57,206 nt of DNA, filler included, from Dugesia japonica (GCA_001938525.1; 5 parts of 5 records of this genome joined end to end with filler, not necessarily neighbours in it); one strand, 5' to 3'. Shown: positions 11,244-26,349, counted from the whole stretch's first letter. Notes: generated by a model not told the origin, from the sequence alone. Numbers and translations are program-made.

Positions 11244-11322
11244 TGTTGGGCTGGAACACCAAAATTAGTTGAAATAATAAAGCAATAGAGAATAGTGAAA
11301 ATGTATAAAAAAGACGAAGAAT
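11244..11322 (+). mobile_element. Another TGTTGGG-family 5' end, truncated by a gap
   Basis: TGTTGGGCTGGAACAC followed by an A-rich leader. Confidence 0.4.
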
Positions 11323-11703
11323 NNNNNNNNNNNNNNNNNNNNNNNNNNNNNNNNNNNNCAAGAAAATTATTATTATTATTATTATGGTCATTATTATTAT
11401 GTAGTTATTATTATTATAATTATTCTGGATTGTTTAGAAAATATCGAAAAATGAAAATTGGGCGTAGAAGACCCAATTATGGTGTTACAAAAATAAAACA
11501 TATATGTAAAGAAAGGTTATGATAAATTAAATAATAAAAATAATATAATAATAATAATAATATAATAATTTATTAAAGGGGTCTTTGCGACCCAATTTCA
11601 TTATTATAATAACGCAGTATCGCGTTTAATATTAATTATTATATTTAATTAAGTCTGGTNNNNNNNNNNNNNNNNNNNNNNNNNNNNNNNNNNNNNNNNN
11701 NNN

Positions 11704-11715
11704 TTAATTAATTAA
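11704..11715. other. Artificial contig-join linker TTAATTAATTAA between N runs (also 25242-25253, 36212-36223, 46884-46895)
   Basis: The identical 12-mer has stops in all six frames and is flanked by ~44 Ns on each side, four times. Confidence 0.85.
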
Positions 11716-14700
11716 NNNNNNNNNNNNNNNNNNNNNNNNNNNNNNNNNNNNNNNNNNNNAAAAAGTTGTAAATATTGAAAAAAAGGTTGTATGTATATTT
11801 TAGGAAAAGTCAATAAGCTACATGATGATACAGGAACGTTGTATGCTAAAAATTTTAAACGAAAATTTAAAAACGGTCATTTGACCGCGCATGGTAGGTT
11901 TAGTGTTAAACAATTGATTCTAGAACATTTTTATTAAAATTATTTAAAAATTAAATTATTTAAATTAAAGTAAAATAATTTGAATTAAAATAGATAAAGT
12001 ATTTGTTTTTTCTATATATCTTTTTATGTATAAAGTTTGTTGATTTTTAACCGTTTCATTCGAACTCACCGTAAACTTTCCAGTCGAATAGTATTAATGT
12101 CTATAAATTTTGAGTTACTTTTGATATTTTCGAAAAATGTCAACAAATCCGGGAGGACGGCTGTACATATTCGTTAGGAAGCATTTTTCCCGAGAAAAAT
12201 ATTTTAACTTTGCAGTCACTTTTTCCTCCCGAGAAAAATAATACCAAATTTGAATAGATAGCTGTTATCTGTACACAGAAGTCTGAGCACTAAACTCTGA
12301 ATTTTCAGATTTTTTCACCACAAAACTTCATTTATTTATTCAAGTATTAAACTTGACGAATTTAGGTTAACATATTTAGAATCAGCGAAAGATTTTCTAT
12401 CGAATAGACAGTTTCGTGACCTATTTTGTGTAGAAATTATTTTCTCGTAAACATCCTGTGCAAAATACTGAGAAAATCAAAAATGATCGTCGTAAAATTT
12501 TGAGTCAATATATATTAAAATAACTATATGTTGTAAAAATGGAAGAAATTATTTTTAAAATTTTTGATGCTCCGGATTCCATAAATAATTGATTAAAAAA
12601 ATTTAAAATTCAATATTATTTAAACAACATGAACAGTTTGCCCAATTCTTATAAAAAATTATCATAAAAAATTTTCCCCACCATAAAAGTCTGAAAAAAT
12701 ATTGCTGCTTAAAAAGCCTAAAAAATATTACCGTTTAAAAAGCCTAAAAAAATTTTCCCAACTAAATACACAGGTAAATATCACCCCAAGTTATATAATA
12801 ATCTCGCGACGAAATTAATTAGATTATGTAATGCACACAAATGTGTGCCGCCGACTATTTACATTAGAAAAATACAAAAACTCTTATGTAATAATCCAAT
12901 GACATCATCTGGGTGGGGCTTGCTAAAAGTGTGCGTGGTGTGGAGTGCCACTATTCATTCAGTAAAAATCATATTTCGCACGTATTGGAAATACTATTTA
13001 AGAAATGGTAAATAAGCACAAATTTTAGTGAGAGTTCTGATACATTGCAGTTACGATCTTTAGAGAACAAAAGTTATAAAATCTTAAGACAGACCTTTAC
13101 CCAAAAAGGGAATCAAATTTAATTTAAATTTAGAATTGATATTTTGTAGAACAAACGAAATTAATTGTTGAAAACCCGAAACATTTTTTATAAATCATTG
13201 AAGCAGATGAAGAGTCAAGTGAACTTTTTGGTAACGGTGAGAGTATTTTGATTAAATGACAAAGCTCATTTAAGGTAGAATTATTCTCACTGCAGATTAT
13301 TGAATAACTAAAAATATTGAAATTGAAAGTTTCAGTCGGAAAGTTATCATTTATTTAAAAGCCAAAATTTTATAATTTTGCTTAATTATGATTTTAATAA
13401 AATTACAAATTTGATTAATTTGTAATTAATCACAAAAAATTAGCTGAAGAACACAAAATTACATATTACTAATTGAAATAAAAATTTATAGAGAGAGCAT
13501 TTGAGAAATTTTAAAACAGTTGCTTAATAAATAAAATGTGAAATGTATATTTAATTAGACAAATTATTTGACTGAAAATTTTTTCAAGAGTTTCATATAT
13601 TTTACATTATAGAATACGGAGTTATTTTATTTATGAATATTATTCAAATATTTTCAATAACTTCTTTAAGAATTCGCACCAATTTGAATAAAACTCGATA
13701 AAGCTCTTCGTATATTGTTATAAATATTTCATTTGATTAAAATCTAATTATTAAAATTTTTCGAATGAATGAATTTAGCTAACATTATTGGTTTCCAGCT
13801 AAAACAATTAAAAATTTATCACATTTTAAAAAAATTATAAATAAAAACTTTGTTTAAATATTCACTAATAAATTTGAAAATAATTTGAAATTGTCATGAC
13901 TGCTGAAATTTCAAATATACATATTATTGAATTGGCAAACGAAGTTATATCATTATTAATAATTTATATCATTATGTTCTTTTTATATTTAGTTTATAAC
14001 AATATATCCTGATAAAGGTGAACAGGATTTTTTCAACTTTCTTTTTGATAATCAGTCACAAATGTTTAATAAGAAAAAGTTTCTTCACCTTAAAGCAGCA
14101 AGACATGGTTCTTTATTAACGAAATTATAATTTAGCATTAAAATTATTTTCAGCTTTTGAATATGTTAAGAATCAGAAGCAATTGAATGTCAATCAATGC
14201 GAGTCGGAAATTTTTAATGATAAAGTTTATTCNGAACAAGTATAAAGATTTAATATTTTTTTAAATTAATAATCTTTTCAATATTATTAATAGTTTTTAT
14301 TATTTATTAATGATATTTTTGCGATTGGAAACCAAAAATGTTAACTAAATTCATTCTTTTCAAAATAATTTTTAATCATAAATTTTAAATATTTAATTAT
14401 AACGTTTCTTAATTATGTAAAAAGCAATTCAAGTCAATTTGAGAGAAAGAACTACTTGTATAATTTTGTATTAAATTTTATTTATGCATCATTATACTTT
14501 TACAAAAGAAACGATAAATATTTACTATTGATGTCGCATGCAAATTAGGTCTGTTAAAAGGGTTGCTATCAATCACCCGCTTTTTAGTCACCTCATTTTT
14601 GTTTTATTCGTTTATTTACTCAGGACATGATCAAGTGATCTTATTTTACTCGACATCAGTGCCTTCCGCCATCTCTCTTTCCTCCTCTTACAACTTTGGT

Positions 14701-14764
14701 TTTTTCACAAAACTCCCGCTTTATTTGGTACATCAATCACTTCAGTAAGTTGCCTAATCAGGTT

Positions 14765-17700
14765 TCTGAGTGGTTTTGAAGCGAGTTGAAATTTTGTGCT
14801 TTGGCTGGGAATTATTTTTTTTAAAAAATCTCTTTTTTGATAAATTGTTGTTCACAAATTAATCAAGAAATTAAGTTTTGGCACGAAAATTATGTGTAGT
14901 TAAAGATTTATTCAAGTATTTTTTATATAAAAATATTTATTTAGTATAAAAATTTGTAAAAGTAAATAGTAATTAAAATTTCGATAACTGTGCAAATAGT
15001 AAAAAAGCAGAAGAAGAGATCATCATGGGAAAATTAGAGAAAGTAGAAGACATAAAAGAAACGTTATCTTTAGGTGAAAAGATAGAAAGAAGAGAGCCTA
15101 TTAACGTAGTAAAGAGTTACGCTGGTGTAACACGTGGAGAACGTTTCGGAGAAAGGAGACAAAATATTTTTAGAGTTACAAAAAGATGAGAACCACAGTG
15201 TTGGACATGCCAGAGTTATGGGCATACAAAAAGAGTGTCCAAAAAATGATAATGTGGACTTGTCACAAAAAAGGGCATTTAAGTATAAATTGCCAGACAA
15301 GAAACCACCAAGATATTTTGGGTGTGGTAAGATTGGTCATATCAGAAGGATGTGCACAGAAATTGTATGCGGTAGATGTAAAAGACCAGATCACAGAGCA
15401 GAAGAATGTTATTCGAACATTAGTAAACCTAGACTAGAAGAGAGAAGATACAATTCTAAAAGCGGACAACAAACAAAAGATTGGAGTCGGACAAAACCAA
15501 TTCATACCATTTGATAAGAATTTGATGATGATAATGAAGAGAGATTTTCTATGAGCATAATTGAAAATGAAGATCCAAGAAGAGAATACCCAAAAGGCAG
15601 GACTCCATCAGTAGAGGATTGGTCGGAGCCATTCATTAAACCAGTTAACGTTTGAATATCCTCAAGAGACCGAAAAATAGGATGATACAAATTCCTAAAC
15701 AGAAAGTTTCAATGATGCGGAAGTTAACAAAGCAGAAGTGGTAGGAATAATTGAAGAGAAACAAAATGCAGAAATTTCGTATGATAAAATGTAAGGGAGA
15801 CCTAGCATTTCAGTGATGATCAAGGGTGAACAGTTTGATTGTTTGTTAGAAACAGGAGCAAGAATAAATGTGATGAGCATGAAAGGATTTGATAAACTCG
15901 GAGAAACAATGTTATAGAAAAGCGAGGAACGATTGCATATCGGAAATAACAGCTCATTGGAAACGATTGGAAAGATACGTGTCGAAGTTGTAGTTTCAGA
16001 GGTGTGCAATGAAGTAAGATTTACAATAGTAGAGAAATTAATACCAGATCTAATTGGTGGAGTGGAATTTGGAAGACAAATATAGACGGGTGAACAATTG
16101 AGAAATGCAATGGATATTCTAGAAATAAATAAAGATCATAGATTGACTGCGATTATTCAGAATAATGAATATGTATTTATGGCGGATAAATGGGACATTG
16201 AATGTAGACACTTAACGAAGTATCGAATAATCACTAAAGGAAGTCCAATCAACATAAAATCGTATCGCCAACCAATGAATCTAGAGGAATAGATTAAAGA
16301 AGCGATCAAAAATCTATATGATAATTGTTTCATCCGGAAGTGTAATTCGCAATGGAATATGCCATTAATCTGTGTTTTGAAAAAGGAAAAAAAAGATATA
16401 CGATTATGCTTAGAATTTAGACAGGTCAATACAATAACAGAAAGACAAGCTTTTCCTATGCCAAATATGGATGAAATGCTAGATGCTTTGGAAGGTACGC
16501 AGTATTTTAGCTCAATAGACTTGGGAAATGCATACTACCAAGTGGAACTCAGTGAAGATTCTCAAGAAAAGACGTCTTTTTCGACCAAACAAGGACAAAT
16601 AAAAGGAGCGATGGTTTATCTAGATGATATGCTCATATTTACTGAAACAAAGGAGCAACACTATGAAATAATCAATAAAGTATTAACAGAAATTAAGAAG
16701 GCTAGTCTTAGAGTTAATCCGGAGAAATGTCCATTCATGCGAAAGGAGATCAAATTTTTGAGACACGTTATCAGTAAAGAAGGTGTAAAAACAGATCCAA
16801 CTAAAATAGAAGCAATTAAGAACTTTGGTAAACCAAACTGCGGTAAGAAAATGAGAAGCTTTTTGGGAATTTGCAATTACTATCTCAAGTTTATTAAAGA
16901 TTATTCGAAAAAAGCTAGATTGCTGTAACAACTGTGTAGTGGGCTAAGTAACAAGATGAGCGAATGAATTAGAATGAATTAGAAGAAGTTTTTAATGGAA
17001 TGAAAGAAGCACTAATGATGTCTCCAATACTAGGTTTTCCAGATATAAATGGAGGATTTATTTTGGACACGGATGCAAGTTTCGATACGATTGGGGCATT
17101 ACTATCTCAAAAGGACAACAATGGACAAGAAAGTGTAATTTCCTATAGGTCACACGCAATGACGAGTCATGAGAAAGGATATTGTACTACACGGAAAGAA
17201 TTGCTCGCAATTTTCTACTTTTGTATTCATTCCAAACGTTACTTATATAGAAAGAGATTTATCCTGAGAACAGACAATAAAGCCATCACTTTTATGCTGA
17301 ATACCAAGAAGCCGATTACATCACAGTTTGAAACCTGGATTAATTATTTGAGAAGTTTAGATATAAATTTGAAATATAGAAAAGTATCGCTTCATACAAA
17401 TGAAGATATATTGTCAAGAAGTAAATGCGATACATGNGCACAATGTCTAATGTCACATGAAGATCCCAAAAGTGGAAAATTTAAAACAAGGATGTTAAAT
17501 ACAGTAGATAGACAAGAAAAACAAAACGAGTTTTGTGAGAATGATGAAGTAACATAGATACCTGATGAAAAAGTAGAAGTTATAATGAAGATACAACATC
17601 TTTTGTGTCATGCTGGAGCAGAAAAGGTTGCAGTGTATATGAAGCATAAATATAACGCGAAACATTTGTGGAGCAATGTACAAGAGGTTGTCCGAAGCTG

Positions 17701-18714
17701 TATAACATGCCAGAAAGCTAAAGTGTTGACAACAAAAACGAAGGAAGAAACCAAAAGGACACAGCCAGCCGAAATGTTTGAGTTATTATTTATAGATGCG
17801 TGTAGATCACTGCCTGAGACAAGAGTTCGGAAAAAGTATGTTCTCGGTATAATAGACCCATGCAATAAGTATGTAGCCTTGATAGCAATGACAATACAAG
17901 AAAATACCATACGGAAAGCAATATTGGAGAAGTGGATATTAAAATTCGGGTGTACGAGAGAAATTCGAGTTGATTGTGGAAGAGGTTTTGAGTCTAAATC
18001 ATTGAAAGATTTTGCAGGTTAACATGGCATTATCCTCAGGTTTTCGAGTCCAAATCATCATAACACAAACGGACAAATTGAGATGCAGTTTAGAACTTTG
18101 CGGGATGTGGTTAATGCAACGCTTAAAGAAAGGAAAACCTCAGATTGGGCAGATATATTGCCAGAGATAGAATTTACCTTAAATGCTATTAAACAGAAAA
18201 CTATCGAGAAAAGCCCTGCTAAAATCGTATTTGGAAAGAGAATAAGCAGAGAAAAATGGTATGAAACCAATACTCAAAGAGTGCACAAAGAACAAGAAGA
18301 AAAAATAATAACCAAAAGACAATTCGGAATCGGTGATGAGGTCTTAGTGGAAGCTGAAACAATAACCAAAATCGTTATGAAGAACCCTTTAAGATCGAGA
18401 GAAAGATTCATGACAGACGTTACATTCTTGAAGATACAAACGGAAAAAGTCTTGAAAGAAACTTAGAGAAGATCAAAAAATTTCTTAAAAGGGGGATGTG
18501 AGTGGTTTTGAAAGGAGTTGAAATATTTTTGCTTTGGTTTGGAATTATTTTTTTAAAAAAATCTCTTATTTGATAAATTGTAAATCACAAATTAATCAAG
18601 AAATTAAATTAAGTTTTGGCACGAAAATTATGTGTAGTTAAAGATTAATTCAAATATTTTTTATATTTATTTAGTTTAAAAATTTTAAAGTAAAAATTAA
18701 ATATTTTAGTAGCA
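14765..18714 (+). mobile_element. Degenerate Ty3/gypsy LTR retrotransposon (gag CCHC x2, PR, RT, RNase H, IN) with paired LTRs
   Basis: LTR copies at ~14765-14980 and ~18497-18710; PPT AAAAGGGGGA before TGTGAG. Motifs: GCGKIGHIRRMC, CGRCKRPDHRAEEC, LLETGA, IDLGNAYYQ, YLDD, DTDASF, HHNTNGQIE. Many stops and an RT deletion. Confidence 0.92.
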
Positions 18715-20573
18715 AATGATATTTTATTTTATGAAGATTATTATTGATATTATTACTATTATACGTTCATATTCACTTTATTATTATATATTATAATTTT
18801 ATTATTATATTAATTTTTATTACTATCAAATGGACCTTTACCCACGTGTCGTTTCTCTAGGTAATTGAGAAACTAAAATGAGTGGATATGTTGCAATCAT
18901 GAATAATAAAATACTAAATAATTATTAAAATAGCTACATACCTGGCAGGCCCTAAACAAAGGCTAAATAATACATATCAGTAATTAGTAGTTAAATTATG
19001 TTAATAGTTTAAAGTTGTATTTTAGTGAATATAATTTATGAAACCGTGAAATCTATGAATGAATATTGATTATCCCGAGTGATTGTGTAAATTATAAATT
19101 TTTTGTAATAACAAAAATATTTATTTGAATTTGAAAAGCGACAAAAAATTCATATAATTTTATTTAATGATATGGACGATAGATGAAAATAGATCTGTAA
19201 AGTAAAATGCACAGATCATTTCAAATTGTGAGAAGCCATTCAATAAATGATCCATAGCTCAATAGATATGATGAAAACTTCAACTGATTAAATAATAATC
19301 TAAACACATTAGCAAAATTTATCAAATTTTGAAATTAAAGTAAATAAGAGTTTCTGACATTTATATTTGAAAATAGAATCAATTTAAAATTTTACGGAGT
19401 AGATCCCGAACCCCTCATTTGTTTTCGTTTAGAGAAAGTTGACGCGCGGCCAATTGGTGATCAGTATGGCAAAATCATTTTTATTGGTAGATTTGCGAAC
19501 ACAGTTTTACCTTAAAATTTTTTGTATTAGTCAATGTTTCATTGGTAGAGTCATGAGTGCAAGAAATTTTGGATTGATTATAATTTGATAAAACATTTTA
19601 TTGGATTTTTCTCTTTGTGAATTTGATGTTTGGTGTGTATGATTAGTATATATAAACAAGTGTAATTTTTCAAAAATCCGCCAAGTTGGTCGAAAATTTA
19701 TTTTTAAAAAGATTGGTGTATTTTGTTCAATTACAACTTTGTGGATTTTCGAGTTAGTATTATTGTGGACAAAGATATTTAAAGTTGAGTAAACGATTAT
19801 TTATGTATATTTCTGTATACGCATCTAAATCTAACTTGTGGANNNNNNNNNNNNNNNNNNNNNNNNNNNNNNNNNNNNNNNNNNNNNNNNNNNNNNNNNN
19901 NNNNNNNNNNNNNNNNNNNNNNNNNNNNNNNNNNNNNNNNNNNNNNNNNNNNNNNNNNNNNNNNNNNNNNNNNNNNNNNNNNNNNNNNNNNNNNNNNNNN
20001 NNNNNNNNNNNNNNNNNNNNNNNNNNNNNNNNNNNNNNNNNNNNNNNNNNNNNNNNNNNNNNNNNNNNNNNNNNNNNNNNNNNNNNNNNNNNNNNNNNNN
20101 NNNNNNNNNNNNNNNNNNNNNNNNNNNNNNNNNNNNNNNNNNNNNNNNNNNNNNNNNNNNNNNNNNNNNNNNACTTATAGGATCATTAATATCAAAACTC
20201 GATTCCATCGCAAAATTTGTTCACAAACAAAACTATAACATCATTATTTGTTTATTCAAACAAATTAAAACCGGAAATTAATTTTCCAAATTTTAAAACC
20301 AAAATATTATTTTAGTTTAGTTTTAGTTTTAGTTTCTAATAATCTACAATAAATTGTGTATAAAAAATATTTGAATTAATCTTTAACTATACACAATTTT
20401 TTTACCAAAACTTTAATTTAATTTACTTTAATTTCTTTATTTATTTGTGACTTTCAATTTTTAAATAAATGATTTTTAAAAAAAATAATTTCAAATCAAA
20501 GTACAAAAATTTCAACTCGCTTTTCAATTCATACCAACAATTATTATTATTAGTATTAGTATTTTTATTATTA

Positions 20574-20631
<58 letters not shown>

Positions 20632-20681
20632 NNNNNNNNNNNNNNNNNNNNNNNNNNNNNNNNNNNNNNNNNNNNNNNNNN

Positions 20682-20739
<58 letters not shown>

Positions 20740-21702
20740 ATGATTTATTGTGTGGTTTTAAACAAAATAAAGTCTTTTTTATCTTGATTTTTTTAGCTTG
20801 AAACAGTAATTTTTAATGCTTTTGTAGTGGGGACACATTCAAGATTTCAAAAATAAATACAGTCATTTTCCGATTAAGTAAGTACAAAAATTATTGCGCA
20901 TCTTGGATTATTACGCTTATAAAATGGCAAAGAATATGATCAATATTTTATTCAAAGTCGAAGTATAGAATTATTTTCAAAAACTAAAAAAACAAATTTT
21001 GATCGAAGTTTTCATTTTAAATGAATGTTATTATTAAATATTCTTTACAAACATGTCATCAATTGTCAATTTTGGCTTAATTTCTTTCTATTTTTCGCTT
21101 TGCTTTTTCTACTAATGAAATTTCTATTAATTTCTGTTGGATGTTTTCAAACGAACTTAGAAAATCGTTATAATCAGAACAAGTTGCATTTTAAACGACT
21201 TAACAACTGATCTTCTATATTCACAAAAGTATTGCACAACTGAAAAAAATTAGCAAATTTAAAACAGTAATAATTTTTTGTTTTACTGTTGTTTTCTCAA
21301 TTAGAATCATCAGATAGATGGTTTTTACTCTATACTTCAATATTTTCCAATACATCATCCACATTTTTCATATGTTCACATATTCATCATTTCAAATTCT
21401 ATTGCATCCGTCACTCGCTTGCAATTTATAATAATCCGGTGCCATATAAAGGTTGAAAAATTTTGACTTACTGTAAGACTTATTAACTTTTCGTTAATCA
21501 CAAAATTATTTAAATAAAAATTATTTCAACTCTCTGAATATGATAAACGATTAAAGTATTATCAATGAACATAAAGTTTATTGAGAACAGGTTAAGTTTT
21601 TATCAAAAATTTATGATATTTAGCTTCTTTTTATTCAACAGTATTCATTAAATCTGTTAATCTTTAAATTTTATAAAATAAATAGTTTTTATTTCTGATT
21701 AA

Positions 21703-21930
21703 CCCATTTCAACACAAAACCAGTGATTTACCGGCCAATGTCATTTTAGCATTGAGCCACTCAGTATGCGATTCGCCGATTTGTCTTTGAGTGACATGAA
21801 AATTGATTGACAATAACTTTATTCATGAAAATAACGTTAACAAATATATTTAATTATTGATTTTATAATAAAATATTGTAATAAAGTATTGTATTAACAA
21901 ATTATTTCTTTATATTTGTGTTGCAATGAG
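21703..21930. mobile_element. piggyBac-type MITE (228 bp)
   Basis: TTAA on both sides; TIRs CCCATTTCAACACAAA and TTTGTGTTGCAATGAG match at 14/16. Confidence 0.7.
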
Positions 21931-21983
21931 TTAATAAAATTAAACAAATTTTCTACTAATTAATTGAAAATAATAAATATCAG

Positions 21984-24900
21984 GATGAAAAAGACAACGA
22001 GATTAGAAAATTGGTAAAAGGCTTGGCTGAAAGTTTAGAGAATTACTCGCCGAAAGCTAAACGGCAGAAAATGACATCATCATTCCAAGATAAAGATTTT
22101 ACAATTTATTCCCTAGAGGAAATTATCGATTGTAAAAATATAATTCCATTTAACCAGTGCCTGATTGTATTAATTTTATTATTATGAAGTAATTTATAAA
22201 CATGTTATAATGATAGAATGAAATGGAAACAATAATTTATTCTAAATCAAAACTCGCTAAACCAGTTCTACTTTATGGTGCAAGGAAATGTGGGAAAACT
22301 ACTTTCATAAGATTCATCGCTCAAGTATTTGTCCAATGATTTTCATAGATAAAATTAATCATAACCACAATTCTATTTTCACAGAAATATGGTTATCAAT
22401 ATGTTTATGTGTCGAACTATCACATTGAAAATATGGTCATAGATAAGTTTGAGAAAGCTATTGAAAATATATTGGAGAGGTTTGAGTGAAATATTTATTT
22501 TTCCTTTTTAATTTTTATGTTTATCTAGGGAAATGATAAAATTCTTTTACATTTCGAATTTCATATTTATTCTGCAAAAATTGTAGATAATTTCAAATAC
22601 CAACCAATGAAAGGTAAATCGATATTTGTCAGTTAATTCTTCATTTCATATTTTCACAAAGCACCATCAAGATTCCTCATGATTTATGAAACAATCGATC
22701 CTGGACAATTGAATCAACTGACATGTTTTCCAATTTATTTTCCAAATGGTAATAAAGATGATCGACAAATGTAAGTAAATAAAACTAATAAAATTCAATA
22801 ATTTACACAAATGTTAATTAAATTACATATTAATTAAATTAAATATTAATTAAATTAAATATTAATTAAATTAAATATTAATTAAATTAAATATTAATTA
22901 AATTAAATATTTGGGTTTCAACGAGACCGGGTTCACAATATATATATTATATGTATAAATATTATAAATTTATATTATTATGTAAAGATAAACGGATTCA
23001 GGATTCTGATTCAGTTCGCTTTTCATTATTATACCTTATTTTTATTTTCATAATTTTCTCTTCCTTCATAACACTGACGACTGGTAGGACAGCTTAGTAA
23101 TCAATATAAACACAATTTGTTTTGGCAATCCTTATCCTATCCCTTCTATCCTACATTTCCAATATTGTATCATCTGTCTCCGTGGGCATTCCCATTTAAT
23201 ATGAACCTCTTTACTTCATTCCCAGCCTTCTTTACTTTTACTTTATCCAATCAGCTGGGTAATTTCACTACTGTAAATTTCACGATTATTTCCTTTTACC
23301 ACCTTCGAATAGCTTCGTACAGCGTTAATCGGCTCCTTCTCACTATCTACTTTATCCAACAGTCACAAAGTCTCCTTATTTCCTTTTATAATTTTTACTT
23401 TTCGCAACAGAATTTCTTCCTCTACTCATTTATTTTCTGCACACTGTATTTACATCTCTATGTTAACATTCTCTTGTGTAAATGCCCCATTTGCAAATAA
23501 ATAACAAACAGACAAGAAAACATTACAGAATTAATAGGGAATGACTTATAAAAAGAAGAAACAAATTGTAGCTAACAATTCACGCAAAACAGATAAAGTA
23601 CAACCAAACTAAAATTTACAATTATAAGTATAAGACAAAATCAATTTTAGTTTCTATTTATTGATGTACAGTTTTTAGAAATTATTTTTAGCAATCTTCC
23701 AATTCAGTAAAGAACAGGGGGTTTCCAAACTTTGCCTCCCATTAAAAATTAATCTAATCTTAGTGCCTCTCTTCCAGTATTTTATAAAATAATGCATGTT
23801 TTTAAATTGTGAAGAATGTATTACAAGTGCAAATAAATAAATAAGTAAAAGGATTCATATGACTATCCGTGCTGGTAAATATTTTAAATTATATATACAT
23901 GTGTACGTTATATTAAAACATTTAATGTTATTTGATGGAATTTATATAGATATATTGAAAAGTTGAAAAAAATGTACCCAGCATTGATCAATAAAAAAGG
24001 CCCAATTCTTTTTGCATGACAACGCCCGTCCACACATAGCAAAGCAAACCATGGATAAACTGAAGAGCCTAAATTATGAAATTCTGAGACACCCACCGTA
24101 CTCACCTGATCTCTCGCCAACTGATTTCCATTTATTCTAACATTTACAAAATTATTTGAATGGGAAAAGATTTGAGAACGAAGGGGTGTTAAAAAATGAA
24201 TTCGAACAGTTCCTTGCCTCCAGGTCTGCCGAATTTTATCGCATATAAATGGAAAATCTACTAACTCGTTGACATAAGTGTGTAAACGCTAATGGTTTTT
24301 ATTTTAATTAATAAATCTTTTGTTTCGGCTTTCTTATGATTTTTTAAAATTAAAGTTCAAAAACGTACAAAACTTTCTGAACAACCTAATAGATTATTTA
24401 ATTTATAAGGAGTTATAAAAATTACATTTCTATTAAAAATCTCGCTTAGAACTCCGCGTCTCCTGAGTGACGAAAAAATCTAATTTTTTACAACAATGTA
24501 TTAGATGAACAAATTTTCATACGAAAAACTTTTATACGAAACGTCTAGGTACCGTTACTTGTTAATAGCATCATTAGTATCTTCGTATTTTCTCGTTAGA
24601 TTTTCACCATTCTAAATTTTATCACTTGATGAATTTCATTATTTTCATTTGCTCTATTATTATCTTTGTTTAGTATGCTCTTATTATTTTATCAGTAAAA
24701 TAATTAATCGGTCTCGATAATTGATTGAATCGATTGAAAAGTTCTAGGTGCTATATATATATATATATATGAATCAAACGTATAATTTTTCAATATATGT
24801 TTGGAACACGGCACTACAAGATTTCAATATATTCGATATTAATTGTTAACATTTTTCATTTTTATTAATCCGGTTTAATTACAGTTATTTGGAACATTTT

Positions 24901-25173
24901 CTGTCTGGTTACGAATTAGAGAGTGAATTAACTTTTGAAATAATGGCGAAATCAACGCCCAGGTATCAAATAGGAGAAATAGAAGCCTTGTGTGAAATGC
25001 TCGTGAATAAAGCTAAACGAAATGAATCATTAAGGGGATTAATAACAGAATGCGCATTTATGAGTCTTATAAAGAGTGATAAGATAAAACATGACTTCAT
25101 TAATACAGACGACGTAAATTGGAGTGACATCGGGGGTCACGATGAAGCGAAGATCAAATTGATGAATATTATG
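21984..25173 (+). CDS. Partial type II AAA+ ATPase (CDC48/AFG2-SPATA5/PEX6 group). Exons 21984-22166, 22217-22324, 22385-22479, 22529-22613, 22662-22770, 24885-25173
   Basis: GT-AG introns; Walker A VLLYGARKCGKT; D1 lid (AKSTPRYQIGEIEALC); D2 entry motif VNWSDIGGHDEAKIKL. One 1-nt phase conflict at ~22528; truncated at the gap/linker. Confidence 0.75.
22826..22910. repeat. 16-bp AT minisatellite (ATTAATTAAATTAAAT)n
   Basis: About five tandem units visible. Confidence 0.8.
23920..24390 (+). mobile_element. Mariner 3' fragment in the AAA gene intron
   Basis: LLHDNARPH...HPPYSPDLSPTDFHLF; terminal AACTTTCTGAACAACCTAATA; stops present. Confidence 0.88.
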
Positions 25174-25297
25174 GTAAATATATAAACTTTCCTTTCTNNN
25201 NNNNNNNNNNNNNNNNNNNNNNNNNNNNNNNNNNNNNNNNNTTAATTAATTAANNNNNNNNNNNNNNNNNNNNNNNNNNNNNNNNNNNNNNNNNNNN

Positions 25298-25332
<35 letters not shown>

Positions 25333-25355
25333 CTCTAATATAGAAATATTACATA

Positions 25356-25498
25356 AATATTTTGAAAAAACAAATTCTTTATTTAAAATTTATTTTCTAC
25401 TGCAAAGATCAAAATGATGAATAGAAAGAACATCGTTTTGATCTTTGCAGTGGAAAATAAATTTTAAATAAAGAATTTGTTTTTTTTTCAAATATTCA
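25356..25498. repeat. Fold-back palindrome of the same sequence family as the 51988-52374 arms; a decayed Penelope-like RT scrap follows (EISFLDTLI, ~25660)
   Basis: TGCAAAGATCAAAATGATG and CATCGTTTTGATCTTTGCA arms, ~65 bp each. Confidence 0.7.
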
Positions 25499-26349
25499 TC
25501 AATGAATCTAATCATCAATTCTTTGCACATAACTTTCGCTCGATTTCATTGATCTAAAAAATTTCTGCATGAAATTTTAAAATTCCAAGTCAANAGTCAT
25601 CAATAATTTTAATTTAAAATTAAAACATGGAATTAAATTTAGAGAAATCAACTAACTTAGAAATTTCTTTTCTGGATACTTTAATACAAAATAACTATTG
25701 TGATCTTAATATGAATTCATTTCAAATTAGACATATTTTACTATGGAGTAGTAACATTACATAATGAAAAAATTTGTTAAAATTATTAGGGTATAGAATT
25801 AGAGCTGATAGATAATCCAGAAATGAAGAAATTTAGTTGGTTTCTTTCAAGTTGTTAAAAAGTAAATAAATAAAAGTAACGACGATCAAAAAAATTAGTA
25901 TCAAAATATCTTTGTTTTAATGTAAAAGTTTATAAACTCAAAACAAATCAAACAAATTTATATTTCCATTCATTAACGCAAAATGAGAAAAATAATCAGT
26001 AAATAAAAACTCAAGAACAATCTCATAATAATATGTAAAACACAAGCCTTTACTCTTGAGCCATATTTTTTTAGGTTCATTAAATTTTAATAATATTCAT
26101 TTTACTTGTATACTTGGAAATATTTTTCATTATTTCCTTTCTACATAGTTTTCATAAAAATTATTGTGTCTTTTATGTTTTTATCTAGAGTAATTAGATA
26201 TTCCAATTCATGAATCAAATATTCGATACTCGACTACTATTCGTAAGTTATGTTTTCCTTAAAACCGAGAACCCTACACGCTGGACACCCTGCTGAGATC
26301 TGACAAATAAAACTCATCAGTAAATATCATTTATATATTTATCGTTATA

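Noticed and set aside
19785-20801. ORFs spanning N runs and poly-L/Y/I/N ORFs (also 34523-34929, 48521-48811, 50258-50473)
   Set aside because: They are artefacts of gaps, (ATT)n microsatellites and minisatellites.
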